Of a stretch of 64,000 nucleotides of DNA, positions 30,983 to 41,493 are shown piece by piece (position 1 is the first letter of the stretch; each line of letters begins with the position of its first letter). Position numbers and translations under genes: made by a program. The notes beneath the pieces were generated by a model, which saw only the letters and a program-made list of their open reading frames with translations, did not search any database and was not told where the DNA came from. This stretch comes from an uncultured Actinomycetota bacterium (lineage in GTDB: Bacteria > Actinomycetota > Actinomycetes > JAFAQI01): contig CAVYQE010000011.1 in NCBI GenBank assembly GCA_963770565.1, forward strand, positions 64,001 through 128,000, read 5' to 3'.

Positions 30983-32287
30983 TTGGAGGTTGCGCTGACC
31001 CACCATCCTCGGCAAGGCTGGTCCGACTCCGATCCGTCGGCCGGCTTTTCCAGACGCGACCTGCTCAAGCGCGGCGCCGGACTCGGCGCGCTCGCCGGCC
31101 TCGCCCCGGTGGCCCTCGCTGCGTGCAGCGGCGGCACCAGCAACTCCGGCGGCGGTGGTGGTGGCGGCGGTGGCAACACCGGCGGCAGCCTGCCTCGACC
31201 GGACGACCCGGTCACCTGGCCGATCTTCTCGGACAACAAGCCGATCGCAAGCGGCCTCCAGCCGGAGCAGAACGCCACGCTGAAGGTCTACAACTGGGTC
31301 GCCTACGTCAACCCGCAGTCGGTCAAGAACTTCGAGAAGAAGTACAACTGCAAGGTCGAGGTGACGACCTTCAACACGATGGAAGAGGCGATGCAGAAGC
31401 TGCAGACCGGGCAGCTCAGCTTCGACGTCTTCATTCCCACCGTCGACCAGCTCGGTCCGCTGGTCGAGACCAAGCTGATCCGGCCGCTCAACCACAGCTA
31501 CATCCCGAACATCTCCAACGCCTGGTCGGAGTTCGAGAACCCGTTCTACGACGAGAAGTGGCAATACACCGTCCCCTACACGATCTACACGACCGGCATC
31601 TCCTGGCGCAACGACCACGTGCCCGGCAACCCGGCGGCGCTGAAGAACCCCTGGTCGTTCCTCTGGCAGGGTCAGTACAAGGGCAAGGTCGCCATCCTCG
31701 ACGACTACCGCGAGGGCCTGAGCCTCGGCCTGATGTACAACGGCCAGAGCGACCTCAACACGACCGACGTGTCGTTGCTGACCGCGGCCGAGAAGTCCCT
31801 GCTCACCCTCTCGAAGCTGACCAACGTCCACATCGACAACAACGACTACACCAACATCCCGAGCGGTCAGATGTGGATCCACCACTCGTGGTCGGGTGAC
31901 ATCGCAGCGGCCGCGCAGTACATGCCGAAGGGCGTGTCGGTCGACGTGGTCAGCTATTGGTTCCCAGCAGACGGTCGCGGGCCGGTGGCCAATGACACGA
32001 TGGCGGTCCTGTCGGGCGGCAACAACCCGGTGCTCGCGCACCTGTTCCTGAACTACTTCCTCAACACCGACAACGCCCTGGAGAACATCAGCTACAACGG
32101 CTACATGCAGCCTCTGCAAGGAGTCACTCCGCAGCGGCTGATCAAGGAGAAGATCCTTCCGCCCAACCTGACCTCGACCGTGGTGCTGGAGTCCTACTTC
32201 TCCAAGGGCTACCACGAGCTCGAGCTGCCGGCGACGACGAACGGGGTCTGGCAGCAGGACTGGCTCGACGTCACCCGCGGGGTCTAG
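30983..32287 (+). CDS. Polyamine ABC transporter substrate-binding lipoprotein (PotD/PotF family), Tat signal
   Basis: SRRDLLK twin arginine, LAAC lipobox, LKVYNWVAYV, WSGD; exact start uncertain. Confidence 0.88.
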   Translation: MEVALTHHPRQGWSDSDPSAGFSRRDLLKRGAGLGALAGLAPVALAACSGGTSNSGGGGGGGGGNTGGSLPRPDDPVTWPIFSDNKPIASGLQPEQNATLKVYNWVAYVNPQSVKNFEKKYNCKVEVTTFNTMEEAMQKLQTGQLSFDVFIPTVDQLGPLVETKLIRPLNHSYIPNISNAWSEFENPFYDEKWQYTVPYTIYTTGISWRNDHVPGNPAALKNPWSFLWQGQYKGKVAILDDYREGLSLGLMYNGQSDLNTTDVSLLTAAEKSLLTLSKLTNVHIDNNDYTNIPSGQMWIHHSWSGDIAAAAQYMPKGVSVDVVSYWFPADGRGPVANDTMAVLSGGNNPVLAHLFLNYFLNTDNALENISYNGYMQPLQGVTPQRLIKEKILPPNLTSTVVLESYFSKGYHELELPATTNGVWQQDWLDVTRGV

Positions 32288-33210
32288 TGCCTCGCCTGTC
32301 TCGTGCGGATCGGCCGAAGGCGCCGCGCCGGATCCTGTGGGCCGGGCTGTCCACGCCGGCGATGGCGTGGCTGGTGGTGCTGTTCATCGTGCCGTTCTAC
32401 GTCGCGCTGGCGGTCGCGGGCGGGTCGATCAACGAGATCATCGGCACCCCGCAACCGGCCTGGAACCCGTTGCACTGGAGCGGGGCGGCGTACCGCGCGG
32501 TCTTCCACGAGTTCACCGGCACCGGCGCGTTCCTCGGCCCGGAGGTCTTGCGCACCCTCGAGTACGTCGCGATCGCCGCGATCCTGTCGTTGCTGATCGG
32601 CTACCCGGCTGCCTACTTCGTGAGCCGGTTCGCGGGCAAGAAGAAGGGCCTGCTGCTCGGCTTGCTGCTTGCGCCGTTCTGGGTCAGCTACATGATGCGG
32701 ATGCTGGCGTGGATCGACCTGCTGCAGACCGATGGCTACGTCAACCGGATCCTGGTCGACCTGCACCTGGTGTCGCATCCCGTGGTGTGGCTGGGCGGCA
32801 AGGGGACAACGGTCATCCTCGGGTTGGTCTATGGCTACATCCCGTATCTCATCCTGGTGCTCTTCGCGGGTCTCGACCGGATCGATCCGCATCTGATCGA
32901 GGCGGGCCGCGATCTCGGTCTGAGCCGGTTGCGGACCTTCACCAAGGTGACGCTGCCGCTGAGCCGGCAGGCGATCCTGACCGGGTTGCTGGTCACGGTG
33001 CTGCCGATGATCGGTGACTACTTCACCAACCAGATGCTCTCCGGCGCGACGAACACCGCGATGATCGGCAACACGATCGAGCAGCAGCTGTCGTCCACCC
33101 AGCTGCAGACCCAGGGCGCCTCGCTGTCACTGATGATGCTCGGCGTGCTCGTGATTCCGATGCTCTACTACGTCATCGCGACCAACCGCGCCTCGCAGGC
33201 GAACGCATGA
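32287..33210 (+). CDS. Polyamine ABC transporter permease (PotB-like)
   Basis: LIGYPAAY, PFWVSYMMR, EAGRDLG EAA-like loop. Confidence 0.9.
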   Translation: MPRLSRADRPKAPRRILWAGLSTPAMAWLVVLFIVPFYVALAVAGGSINEIIGTPQPAWNPLHWSGAAYRAVFHEFTGTGAFLGPEVLRTLEYVAIAAILSLLIGYPAAYFVSRFAGKKKGLLLGLLLAPFWVSYMMRMLAWIDLLQTDGYVNRILVDLHLVSHPVVWLGGKGTTVILGLVYGYIPYLILVLFAGLDRIDPHLIEAGRDLGLSRLRTFTKVTLPLSRQAILTGLLVTVLPMIGDYFTNQMLSGATNTAMIGNTIEQQLSSTQLQTQGASLSLMMLGVLVIPMLYYVIATNRASQANA

Positions 33211-34148
33211 GCGAGCTGACGGCGAGCCCGGCCGCGCCCGCCGCGCGGGCTGTGAAGACCGTGCCCGCGCCCAAGCCGCGCAAGTTCATCGGCAACCCGT
33301 GGCGGCGGCCGGTGTTCCTCGAGGGCTTCATCTGGTTGTACATCGCGTGGTCACTGTTGCCGATCGGGCTGGCCGTTCTGTTCTCGTTCAACAACGGCAA
33401 GTCGCAGAGCGTGTGGCAGGGCTTCTCGATGCGGTGGTACACCTCCGACCCGCTCAACTCCGTGCTGCACGACCCGATCCTGCACGCTGCGGTCGCGCAG
33501 ACCTTGAAGCTTTCGCTCTACACCACTGTCATCGCCGTACCGCTCGGAGTTGCGTTCGCGATCGGTATCGATCGCTGGCGCACCCGCCCGGCGTCGGCGG
33601 CGAACTTCGTCATGGTGTTCTCATTCGTCATCCCGGAGCTGATCTTCGGCGTCGCGTTGTTCTTTGTTTTCAATACGTTGTTCACCTCGGTCCACCTCGG
33701 CACGCTCGCCGAGACGCTTGGTCTGGTGACCTGGAACCTGAGCTGGCCAGCGATCATCGTGCGCGCCCGGCTGGTGTCGATCGGGCGGCAGTACGAGGAA
33801 GCGGCGGCCGATCTCGGCGCCTCGAAGCTCGAGGCGGTCCGCCGGGTCTTGCTGCCGATGCTTGCGCCGGCGATCTTTGCCTCTGCGGTCCTGGTCTTCT
33901 CCGGGGTCATCGACGACTTCGTGCTGGTCGACCTGCTGTCGTCGTCGGCGGCGACTCAGCCGATGTCGGTCATCATCTACGGGCAGACCCACGGCGGCAA
34001 CGGTGGTCCGGCGCTGAATGCGCTGGCCACCCTGATGCTGGTGTTCTCGTTCGTCGTGGCGGTGCTGGGTTACATCGGCTATCGCTGGATGACCCGCGGC
34101 GAGCGGGCGTCGTCGGATGAGTCGCTGGCCAACTTCGCCGGGATCTAG
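33207..34148 (+). CDS. Polyamine ABC transporter permease (PotC-like)
   Basis: FSFN...GFSMRWY, EEAAADLGAS. Confidence 0.9.
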   Translation: MSELTASPAAPAARAVKTVPAPKPRKFIGNPWRRPVFLEGFIWLYIAWSLLPIGLAVLFSFNNGKSQSVWQGFSMRWYTSDPLNSVLHDPILHAAVAQTLKLSLYTTVIAVPLGVAFAIGIDRWRTRPASAANFVMVFSFVIPELIFGVALFFVFNTLFTSVHLGTLAETLGLVTWNLSWPAIIVRARLVSIGRQYEEAAADLGASKLEAVRRVLLPMLAPAIFASAVLVFSGVIDDFVLVDLLSSSAATQPMSVIIYGQTHGGNGGPALNALATLMLVFSFVVAVLGYIGYRWMTRGERASSDESLANFAGI

Positions 34149-34152
34149 GGAC

Positions 34153-35256
34153 TTACTCCCGCTCGGCCGAGTGCCGCGCAAACGCCGGGTCCTCCGGAAG
34201 GACCCGCAACGACTGAGCCGGCAGATGCACGTTGACCGGAGTGCCCTGGGTCAACGCAACTGCCGCCTGCTCGCCGGTGAGCTGGGCCTGCAAGGACGGG
34301 CCGGCGGCGAGGCGGACGTAGACCTGGGTCGACGATCCGAGGAATACGCTGCGCTCGACCATGGCCGGCGCCCGGTTGTCACCCGGGCTGCCGTGCGGCT
34401 CCAGCGTGACGTTCTCGGGGCGGATGGACAGCATCGCCGGACCGCGTGGCTGTGAGCCGTTCGACTCGACCGACAGCACCGATTCGCCGAGCTTCACCAG
34501 GCATTTCGGGCCGGCCTCGACGACGTCGACGCTCATCAGGTTGGACACACCGAGGAAGTCGGCGACGTAGGTCGACGCCGGCGCTTCGTACACCTCGCGC
34601 GGCGAGCCGACCTGGGCCAGCTTGCCGTCGCACATCACGGCCAGCCGGTCGGACATCGTCAGCGCTTCCTCCTGGTCGTGCGTCACGTAGAGGAAGGTGA
34701 TGCCGACCCGCTCCTGCAGTGCCTTGAGCTCGACCTTCAACGCGCGGCGGAGCTTCGCGTCGAGCGCGCCGAGCGGTTCGTCGAGCAAGAGCACCGCCGG
34801 GTTCAGCACCAAGGCGCGGGCGAGAGCCACCCGCTGCTGCTGCCCGCCGGAGATCTCGCTGGGGCGCCGCTTGGCGTACTGCCCCATCTCGACCAGGTCG
34901 AGCGCGGCGCCGACCTGGCGGGTCATGTCGGTCTTGGAGACCTTGCGGTAGCGAAGCCCGAACGCGACGTTGTCGTAGACGCTGAGGAACGGGAACAGCG
35001 CGTAGTTCTGGAAGACGGTGTTGACGTTGCGCTTGTCGGGCGGCACCCGGGAGACGTCGGAACCGTCGAGCAGGATCTGCCCGCTGGTGGGTTGCTCGAA
35101 GCCGGCGATCATCCGCAGCGTGGTGGTCTTGCCACAGCCAGAAGGGCCGAGCAGCGAGAAGAACTCGCCGCTGTCGATGTTCAGGTCGATCGCGTCGACC
35201 GCGGTCTCGGTGAACCGCTTGGTGAGACCGATCAGGTCGATCTGGCCGCCAGGCAC
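34153..35256 (-). CDS. Polyamine ABC transporter ATP-binding protein (PotA-like)
   Basis: GPSGCGKT, NTVFQNYALFP, SGGQQQRVALARA, TOBE-like C-terminus; AAGGAG RBS before GTG 35256. Confidence 0.93.
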   Translation of the reverse strand: MPGGQIDLIGLTKRFTETAVDAIDLNIDSGEFFSLLGPSGCGKTTTLRMIAGFEQPTSGQILLDGSDVSRVPPDKRNVNTVFQNYALFPFLSVYDNVAFGLRYRKVSKTDMTRQVGAALDLVEMGQYAKRRPSEISGGQQQRVALARALVLNPAVLLLDEPLGALDAKLRRALKVELKALQERVGITFLYVTHDQEEALTMSDRLAVMCDGKLAQVGSPREVYEAPASTYVADFLGVSNLMSVDVVEAGPKCLVKLGESVLSVESNGSQPRGPAMLSIRPENVTLEPHGSPGDNRAPAMVERSVFLGSSTQVYVRLAAGPSLQAQLTGEQAAVALTQGTPVNVHLPAQSLRVLPEDPAFARHSAERE

Positions 35257-35272
35257 TCGATATAGCTCCTTG

Positions 35273-35968
35273 CTATGACGGGCGCGGGGACCGCGGGGCC
35301 TGGCCCACTCGCTGCCGCCGCCCGCGTGGCTTGGGCGACCAGCTGAAACCGAGTTGGCCGGCGGCGAACTCCATGCTGAGTCGGAAGGTCCTCTCGTTGT
35401 CGACGACCGGGTCACACAGTGCAATCTGGATGGCGAATCCGTCAAGGAGTGCGGACATCAGGATCGAGAAGGCGTCCGCGTCGATCGCGGCGAACTCTCC
35501 CGATGCCTGCCCTTCGGTGACGAGGTCGATGATGGTCTTGCGCCAGTGCTCGTCGAACTCCCGGCGGACCGCGGCCACCTCGGGATGCCGCGCGGCCTGC
35601 GCCCACAGGTCGAGCCAGAGCGTCCACGACACCGGGTCGCCCTCTTCTTCGGGCATGCAGGTCATCGCGACCAGCTCCTCGAGCCGGCCCGCGGCGGTGG
35701 GGATGCTCGCGATCCGGGCGATGCCCTCGGCGTACCAGCGGTCCTCGGAGAGCCGGATCGCCTCAGTCAGCAGCTGATCGCGGGTCTTGAAGTAGTAGAT
35801 GACGAGCGCCGGGCTGGTGCCGGCCCGCGCCGCGACGTCGGCGATCCGGGTCTCCGGGAAGCCGCGTTCGCCGATGACGGTCAGGGCGGCCTCGAGCAGC
35901 TGCTCGCGACGGCCGTCAGGCGGGCTCGCGGCGCTCGGGTCGCCGGCTTCGGGGGCAAGCGCGCTCAT
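35273..35968 (-). CDS. TetR family regulator (BetI-like)
   Basis: RREQLLEAA...RIADVAARAGTSPALVIYYFKTRDQLL; WLDLW and ALLDG C-terminal motifs; TAAGGT -10 seven nt before ATG. Confidence 0.92.
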   Translation of the reverse strand: MSALAPEAGDPSAASPPDGRREQLLEAALTVIGERGFPETRIADVAARAGTSPALVIYYFKTRDQLLTEAIRLSEDRWYAEGIARIASIPTAAGRLEELVAMTCMPEEEGDPVSWTLWLDLWAQAARHPEVAAVRREFDEHWRKTIIDLVTEGQASGEFAAIDADAFSILMSALLDGFAIQIALCDPVVDNERTFRLSMEFAAGQLGFSWSPKPRGRRQRVGQAPRSPRPS

Positions 35969-36071
35969 CTGCACGACCTTAGGATGAATCCTCGCTGGAC
36001 GGCAGTGGTCGGATCGTCAATAGCGTCCGATCTCCTGCACCAGATCCCTTGTCGCGGACCTTATCAGTTCC

Positions 36072-36091
36072 TAGACTGAACATTCAGTCAA
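36072..36091. promoter_or_regulatory. TetR-type operator copy 3 (TAGACTG-AACATT-CAGTCAA)
   Basis: Between divergent tetR and oxidoreductase genes; includes a TAGACT -10. Confidence 0.7.
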
Positions 36092-36143
36092 ACCGTGAGA
36101 TCCTGTCAGCACGCGGAACCGGTCGAACTCAGCGGAGACCCAG

Positions 36144-37799
36144 ATGACCAGCAGCAGTTACGACGCGATCGTCGTCGGTGGCGGACACAACGGCCTGGTG
36201 GCCGCGGCGTATCTCGCCCGCAACGGCGCCAACACGGTGGTGTTGGAGTCCCGGCACAAGACCGGTGGCGCGGCGACCACGGAGTCGCCGTGGCCCGACG
36301 CGCCGGAGTTCAAGGTCACCCGGCTCTCCTACGTCATGAGCCTGCTGCCGCCGACGATCATGCGCGAGCTTCAGCTCGAACGCCACGGCTACAAGGTCCA
36401 CCCGATGGGCCCGTACTACCAGGCCTTCGCCGACGGCGGCTCGATCAAGATCCTTGCCGACGACGCGAAGCGCAACCACGAGGAGATCTCCAAGTGGTCC
36501 AAGAAGGACGCCGACGCGATGGTCAAGTGGGACGCCTGGATGGGCGGCCTCGCCGACGTCCTCGGCCCGCTTCTGCTCACCGTCCCGCCGAAGCTTGGCT
36601 CGAAGCGCCCGGCCGACCTGGTCGACACCCTGCGGCTGGCCTGGCGGCACCGCGGCGTCGACGTCCGCACGATCGGTGACGTCACCAGGCTGATGGGCAT
36701 GAGCATCGCCGACCTGCTCGACGACTGGTTCGAGTCGCCGCAGGTGAAGGGCGCGATGGCGGTCAACGGCGTCATCGGCACCTGGGCCGGCCCGTGTGAG
36801 CCGGGTACGGCGTACGTCATGGCGCACCACTCGATCGGTGACATCGGCGACGGCCACCTCGGTAACTGGGGCTTCCCGGAGGGCGGGATGGGCGGGGTCG
36901 CCACTGCGATCGAGAACTCCGCCCGCAGCTTCGGGGCGGAGATCCGGCTCAACGCACCGGTATCGCGCCTGCTGGTCGAGAACGGCCGCGTCCAAGGTGC
37001 GGTGCTGGCCAACGGCGACGAGCTGCGCGCCCCCGTGGTCGTGTCGAGCCTGCACCCGCGCACGGCCTTCCTCGACCACGTCGGCCGGGCCAACCTGCCG
37101 TCGGACTTCGTCCGCGACATCGAGACCTGGAAGACCCGTAGCGGGGTCGTGAAGATCAACCTGGCGCTCGCCGAGCTGCCGGACTTCATCGCCGACCCCG
37201 GCACCAGCCTGCAGGAGCATCACACCGGATCGGTGGAGATGGCGCCCTCGGTCGAGTACATGGAGCAGGCCTTCCAGGACGCCCGCAACGGCAAGGCCGC
37301 GGTCCGGCCGTTCAGCGACGGCGTGATCCCGTCGACCTTCGACCGCTCGCTGTGCCCGGAGGGCACGCACATCATGTCTCTGTTCACCCAGTGGGTGCCC
37401 GAGACGTGGAGCGAGGAGCCGCATGCCGAGGAGATCGAGGCGTACGCCGACCGGATGATCGACTGCTACAACGAGCTTGCCCCGAACTTCAAGAGCTCGA
37501 TCCTGCATCGCGACGTGGTCAGCCCGTACGAGATGGAGCAGGAGTACGGCCTGGTCGGCGGCAACATCTTCCACGGCGAGCTCTCGATCGAGCAGCTGTT
37601 CCACATGCGCCCGGCCCCGGGCTACGCCGACTACCGCACGCCGGTCAAGGGCCTGTACAACGCCAGCTCGGCCACCCACGCCGGTGGCGGCGTGTGCGGC
37701 ATCCCCGGCTGGCAGGCGGCCAAGGCCGCGATCCGGGACGCCAAGGTGGCGGCCGGCCGGCAGCGGCTGTCCGGTTTGCTGCCGTCCAAGCGGGGGTGA
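36144..37799 (+). CDS. Phytoene dehydrogenase-like FAD oxidoreductase (COG1233, PYROXD2-like)
   Basis: VVGGGHNGLVAA, PEGGMG, GGNIFHGEL, THAGGGVCG. Confidence 0.88.
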   Translation: MTSSSYDAIVVGGGHNGLVAAAYLARNGANTVVLESRHKTGGAATTESPWPDAPEFKVTRLSYVMSLLPPTIMRELQLERHGYKVHPMGPYYQAFADGGSIKILADDAKRNHEEISKWSKKDADAMVKWDAWMGGLADVLGPLLLTVPPKLGSKRPADLVDTLRLAWRHRGVDVRTIGDVTRLMGMSIADLLDDWFESPQVKGAMAVNGVIGTWAGPCEPGTAYVMAHHSIGDIGDGHLGNWGFPEGGMGGVATAIENSARSFGAEIRLNAPVSRLLVENGRVQGAVLANGDELRAPVVVSSLHPRTAFLDHVGRANLPSDFVRDIETWKTRSGVVKINLALAELPDFIADPGTSLQEHHTGSVEMAPSVEYMEQAFQDARNGKAAVRPFSDGVIPSTFDRSLCPEGTHIMSLFTQWVPETWSEEPHAEEIEAYADRMIDCYNELAPNFKSSILHRDVVSPYEMEQEYGLVGGNIFHGELSIEQLFHMRPAPGYADYRTPVKGLYNASSATHAGGGVCGIPGWQAAKAAIRDAKVAAGRQRLSGLLPSKRG

Positions 37800-39907
37800 G
37801 CGCGCCCGCGCGCGAGTCCGGCCCGCTGACCTGTCTCCTGGAGCCCCGCAGCATCGCCGTCGTCGGCGCGAGTCCGCGGCCGGGCAGCTTCGGCGAGCGG
37901 ATGGTGACCGAGGTTCTGCGCAGCTCCGCCGAGGTCAGCGTCCACCTGGTCAACCCGCGGTACGCCGATCTGGCCGGCCGCCGTTGCTATCCCTCGCTCG
38001 CCGAGATCGGCGACGCGATCGACCTGGTCCTGCTCGGCGTCGGTGACCCGGCGCTCGAGACCGAACTGGAGCTCGCGGCCAAGCGCGGGGACCGCGCGGC
38101 GGTGATCTTCGGCAATGCCTACGAGGCACCGGCCGAGGGCGTCGTTCCGCTGCGGACCCGGCTCGCGACCATCGCCCGCGAGGCCTCGATGCAGGTGTGC
38201 GGCGGCGGCTGCATGGGCTTCGTCAACGTCGCCAAGGGAATCCGCGCGATCGGCTACCTCGAGCCCGACCCGATCCCGGTCGGGCCGGTGGCAATGGTCA
38301 CCCACTCGGGATCGGTCTTCTCGGCGGTCCTGCGGGCGCGTCGCGGCCTGGGCTTCAGCCTCGCGGTGTCCTCCGGCCAGGAGCTGGTGACGACGACCGC
38401 GGCTTACCTCGACTACGCCCTCGGGCTGCCGCAGACCGCGGTGGTTGCACTGGTATTGGAGGCGATGCGGGACACCGCCGCACTGCGCGCGTCACTGACC
38501 GCCGCGGCCGAGCGCGACATCCCGATCGTCGTCCTGCCGGTCGGCACCAGCGAACGGGGCGCCTCGATGGTCGCGGCGCACTCTGGCGCGGTCGCCGGCG
38601 GCACCGCCGCCTGGGAGGCGCTCGCCGACGCCCACGGCCTGCACCTGGTGTCCGACCTCGGCGAACTGCTCGACACCACCGAGCTGTTCGCGGCCGGCCG
38701 AAGGGCCCGGTCAAGGACGGCTGGTGGCGGCCTGGCCGCCGTACTGGACTCCGGCGCGGAGCGGGCCCTGATCGTCGACGTGGCAGCCGCGACCGAGGTG
38801 CCGTTCGCCGAGATCTCGGCGGAGACGACAGCGCGGATCGCGCAGCGGCTCGACCCCGGCCTGATCGCGACCAACCCGCTGGACGTCTGGGGCAACGGCG
38901 CCGACACCGAGGGCTTGTTCGGGGACGTGCTGATCGACCTGGCCGGCGACCCGGCGGTCCAGGCGGTCGCTCTCGCGGTCGACCTGGTCGAGGAGCTCGA
39001 CGGAGACGACTCCTACCGGGACGCGGTGCGCCGCTGCGCCACGGCGACCGATCTGCCGGTCGTCGTCCTGAGCCACCTGCCTTCGGCGCTCGACCTCGGC
39101 GCGGCGGCAAGGCTCCGCGGGTCCGGCGTACCGGTGCTCGAGGGCACCCGGAGCGGGCTGCTCGCACTCGGTCACCTGCTCCGGCATGCCGACCGGGCGC
39201 CCTCGACGCCGGCGCCTGCCGTCGACCCCGCGCGCCGGGACCGCTGGCGGGAGCGGCTGGCCGCCGGACCGTTGCCCGCGGCGGAGGGCTTCGCGTTGCT
39301 GGCCGACTACGGGATCGAGGTCGCGGAGGCCCGCCCGGCCGACCACGAGGGCGCGCTGCTCGCCGCCGCGGCGGAGCTCGGTTACCCGGTCGTGCTCAAG
39401 ACCGACGAGGACATCGCGCACAAGACCGACGTCGGCGGGGTAGTGGTCGGGATCGGTGACGACCAAGAGCTGGTGGAGACCTACCGCGACCTGGCCGGCC
39501 GGCTCGGGCCACGGGTGATCGTCTGCCGCCAGGTCCCGCCGGGCGTCGAGCTGCTGGTGGGTGCGGTCCGCGACCCGAACCTCGGGCTGCTGCTCGTGGT
39601 CGGGCCGGGCGGGGTGCTGGTGGAGTACGTCGCCGAGCGGGCGGCGGCATTGCCACCGGTCGGGCCGGCGCATGCGCGGACCCTGCTCGGCCGGACCATG
39701 GTCGAGCGCCTGCTGCTCGAGCCCCGGCACGGTGCGGCCGCCGACCTCGACGCAGGTGCCGGCGCGATCGCCGGGCTGTCCCAGTTGGTGACCGAGCTCG
39801 GCGACTCACTCGACGCGATCGAGATCAACCCGCTGGTGTGCAGCGTGGCCGGCGCGGTCGCGGTCGACGTACACCTCGAAGCAAGGCCGGGCGAGCAGCC
39901 GGGCTAG
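37796..39907 (+). CDS. Acyl-CoA synthetase (NDP-forming, acetate-CoA ligase family)
   Basis: PRSIAVVGAS, AAHSGA, NPLD, GYPVVLK...HKTDVGGV, EINPL; GTGA overlap with the upstream gene. Confidence 0.88.
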   Translation: MSAPARESGPLTCLLEPRSIAVVGASPRPGSFGERMVTEVLRSSAEVSVHLVNPRYADLAGRRCYPSLAEIGDAIDLVLLGVGDPALETELELAAKRGDRAAVIFGNAYEAPAEGVVPLRTRLATIAREASMQVCGGGCMGFVNVAKGIRAIGYLEPDPIPVGPVAMVTHSGSVFSAVLRARRGLGFSLAVSSGQELVTTTAAYLDYALGLPQTAVVALVLEAMRDTAALRASLTAAAERDIPIVVLPVGTSERGASMVAAHSGAVAGGTAAWEALADAHGLHLVSDLGELLDTTELFAAGRRARSRTAGGGLAAVLDSGAERALIVDVAAATEVPFAEISAETTARIAQRLDPGLIATNPLDVWGNGADTEGLFGDVLIDLAGDPAVQAVALAVDLVEELDGDDSYRDAVRRCATATDLPVVVLSHLPSALDLGAAARLRGSGVPVLEGTRSGLLALGHLLRHADRAPSTPAPAVDPARRDRWRERLAAGPLPAAEGFALLADYGIEVAEARPADHEGALLAAAAELGYPVVLKTDEDIAHKTDVGGVVVGIGDDQELVETYRDLAGRLGPRVIVCRQVPPGVELLVGAVRDPNLGLLLVVGPGGVLVEYVAERAAALPPVGPAHARTLLGRTMVERLLLEPRHGAAADLDAGAGAIAGLSQLVTELGDSLDAIEINPLVCSVAGAVAVDVHLEARPGEQPG

Positions 39908-40266
39908 AAGATGACGTACAGCTTGCGCAGCGTCTCGTGGATCTGCCACGTGCCGGCCCAGCCGCGCGGGAACACCACCGCGTCGCCGGCGCCGACCTCG
40001 AGCGGCTCGCTGCCCTCGCGGGTCACGGTCATCCGGCCGGAGATGATGTAGATCTCCTCGTGCGTCTCGAGCGTCCAGTACGACGGGCCCGGCGTGCACT
40101 CCCAGATCCCGACCTCGGCGTCGCCGTCCTTCCACAGCGTCAGGCCGGCGGTGGTCATCGGGGTGTTGTCCGGATCGGAGGCCTCCTCGAGCGGGCCCCA
40201 GTCCTCGAGCTCGCTGCCGGCCGCGATGGCGTGCAGGTGGGGAGTGCCGGTGTCGACGTGGGTCAT
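39904..40266 (-). CDS. Cupin domain protein (DUF861/EutQ-like)
   Basis: GIWECTPG, EEIYIISG, AGDAVVFPRGWAGTW, LRKLY. Confidence 0.88.
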   Translation of the reverse strand: MTHVDTGTPHLHAIAAGSELEDWGPLEEASDPDNTPMTTAGLTLWKDGDAEVGIWECTPGPSYWTLETHEEIYIISGRMTVTREGSEPLEVGAGDAVVFPRGWAGTWQIHETLRKLYVIF

Positions 40267-41471
40267 GTGGAGGAGGTCCTTTCCGGGAACGGCAGTGCGA
40301 TCGGGTCGGCGGGTAGCTTGCTGCGGCCCTCGGCGTCGAATCGGTCGAGGCCGAGGTCGGTGCAGTCGGTGACGGACGTGGTGCCGGTCAGGGCCAGGTC
40401 GGCGGCGGCCCGGGCCACGCCCGGCCCCCACATCATGCCGTGACCGCCCGGAGCGGCGACGGTCACGCCCTCGATCGGGCCGTCGGCGGTGATGCCCGGG
40501 CCGAGGATCGGCAGGTGATCGGGGGTGAAGTCGATGGTCGCCGCCCAGGCGCGGCGAAGCGCGAGCTTCTCGGTCACCGGGACCAGCTCAGCGAGCCGCG
40601 CCCGCATCCGGTCCAGATAGGGCAGGTCGATCTCGGTGGCCTTGCCCTCGGGCTCGTCGGGATTGCTCATCCCGAACAACAGGCCGCGTTCCTCTGCGCG
40701 CCAGTACAGCCCGGCGACGAGGTCGAAGACCATCGGCAGCCGGCTCGGCTCGAAATCGGGGTGCGGCTCGGTGACCGCGACCTGATGGCGGACGCCGCCG
40801 ACCGGGATCCGGATGCCCGCGAGCGCACCGACCGCACGCAGCTTCGGCCCGCCGGTGAGCACGACACGCTCGGTGGCGATCGGGCCGGCCGAGGTCTCGA
40901 TGCCCGTGACCTTGCCGGCCTGGGTCGCCAGCCCGGTGAAGGCGGTGTGCTCGCGTACCTCGACCCCGGCCTGCGCCATGGCGACCGCGTAGGCGAGCAC
41001 GTTGCGTGGCGGGGTGATGTAGCCGTCGCCGTCGAAATAGGTGCCGCCGAGGGTCATCCCGGGCGCCATCGTGGGGTTGACCCGGTCCGCCTCGTCCGGG
41101 TCGAGCCACTTGACGTCGAGACCGGCCGCGCGCTGCATCTGCATCCGCGCCTCGGCGGCGATGAGGTCGTCGGGGGTGAAGCAGGGCAGGAAGTAGCCCT
41201 GCTGGGTGAAGCCGGAGTCGATCCCGATCTCGTCGTGCTGCGACCGGTAGAAGGTGCGCGACCATTCGGCCAGGTCGACCGCCCAGCGGGTGCCACCCTG
41301 GCTGCGGACGATGCCGGCGGCGCGGCTGCTTGCGCCCTGACCGAGCTGGTCCTTCTCGACCAGGACGACCCGGTCGAGCCCGCTGCGCTTGAGGAAATAG
41401 GCACACCAGGCACCGATTGTCCCGCCGCCGACAACGACGGCGTCGGCGGATTCGGGCAGGGTCGATGCCAT
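40263..41471 (-). CDS. FAD-dependent amine oxidase (DAO/sarcosine oxidase beta-like)
   Basis: VVVGGGTIGAWCAY, GASSRAAG, TPDHLPILG, GHGMMWGPGV. Confidence 0.88.
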   Translation of the reverse strand: MASTLPESADAVVVGGGTIGAWCAYFLKRSGLDRVVLVEKDQLGQGASSRAAGIVRSQGGTRWAVDLAEWSRTFYRSQHDEIGIDSGFTQQGYFLPCFTPDDLIAAEARMQMQRAAGLDVKWLDPDEADRVNPTMAPGMTLGGTYFDGDGYITPPRNVLAYAVAMAQAGVEVREHTAFTGLATQAGKVTGIETSAGPIATERVVLTGGPKLRAVGALAGIRIPVGGVRHQVAVTEPHPDFEPSRLPMVFDLVAGLYWRAEERGLLFGMSNPDEPEGKATEIDLPYLDRMRARLAELVPVTEKLALRRAWAATIDFTPDHLPILGPGITADGPIEGVTVAAPGGHGMMWGPGVARAAADLALTGTTSVTDCTDLGLDRFDAEGRSKLPADPIALPFPERTSST

Positions 41472-41493
41472 TGGCACGGCGGGAACGCTCGCA

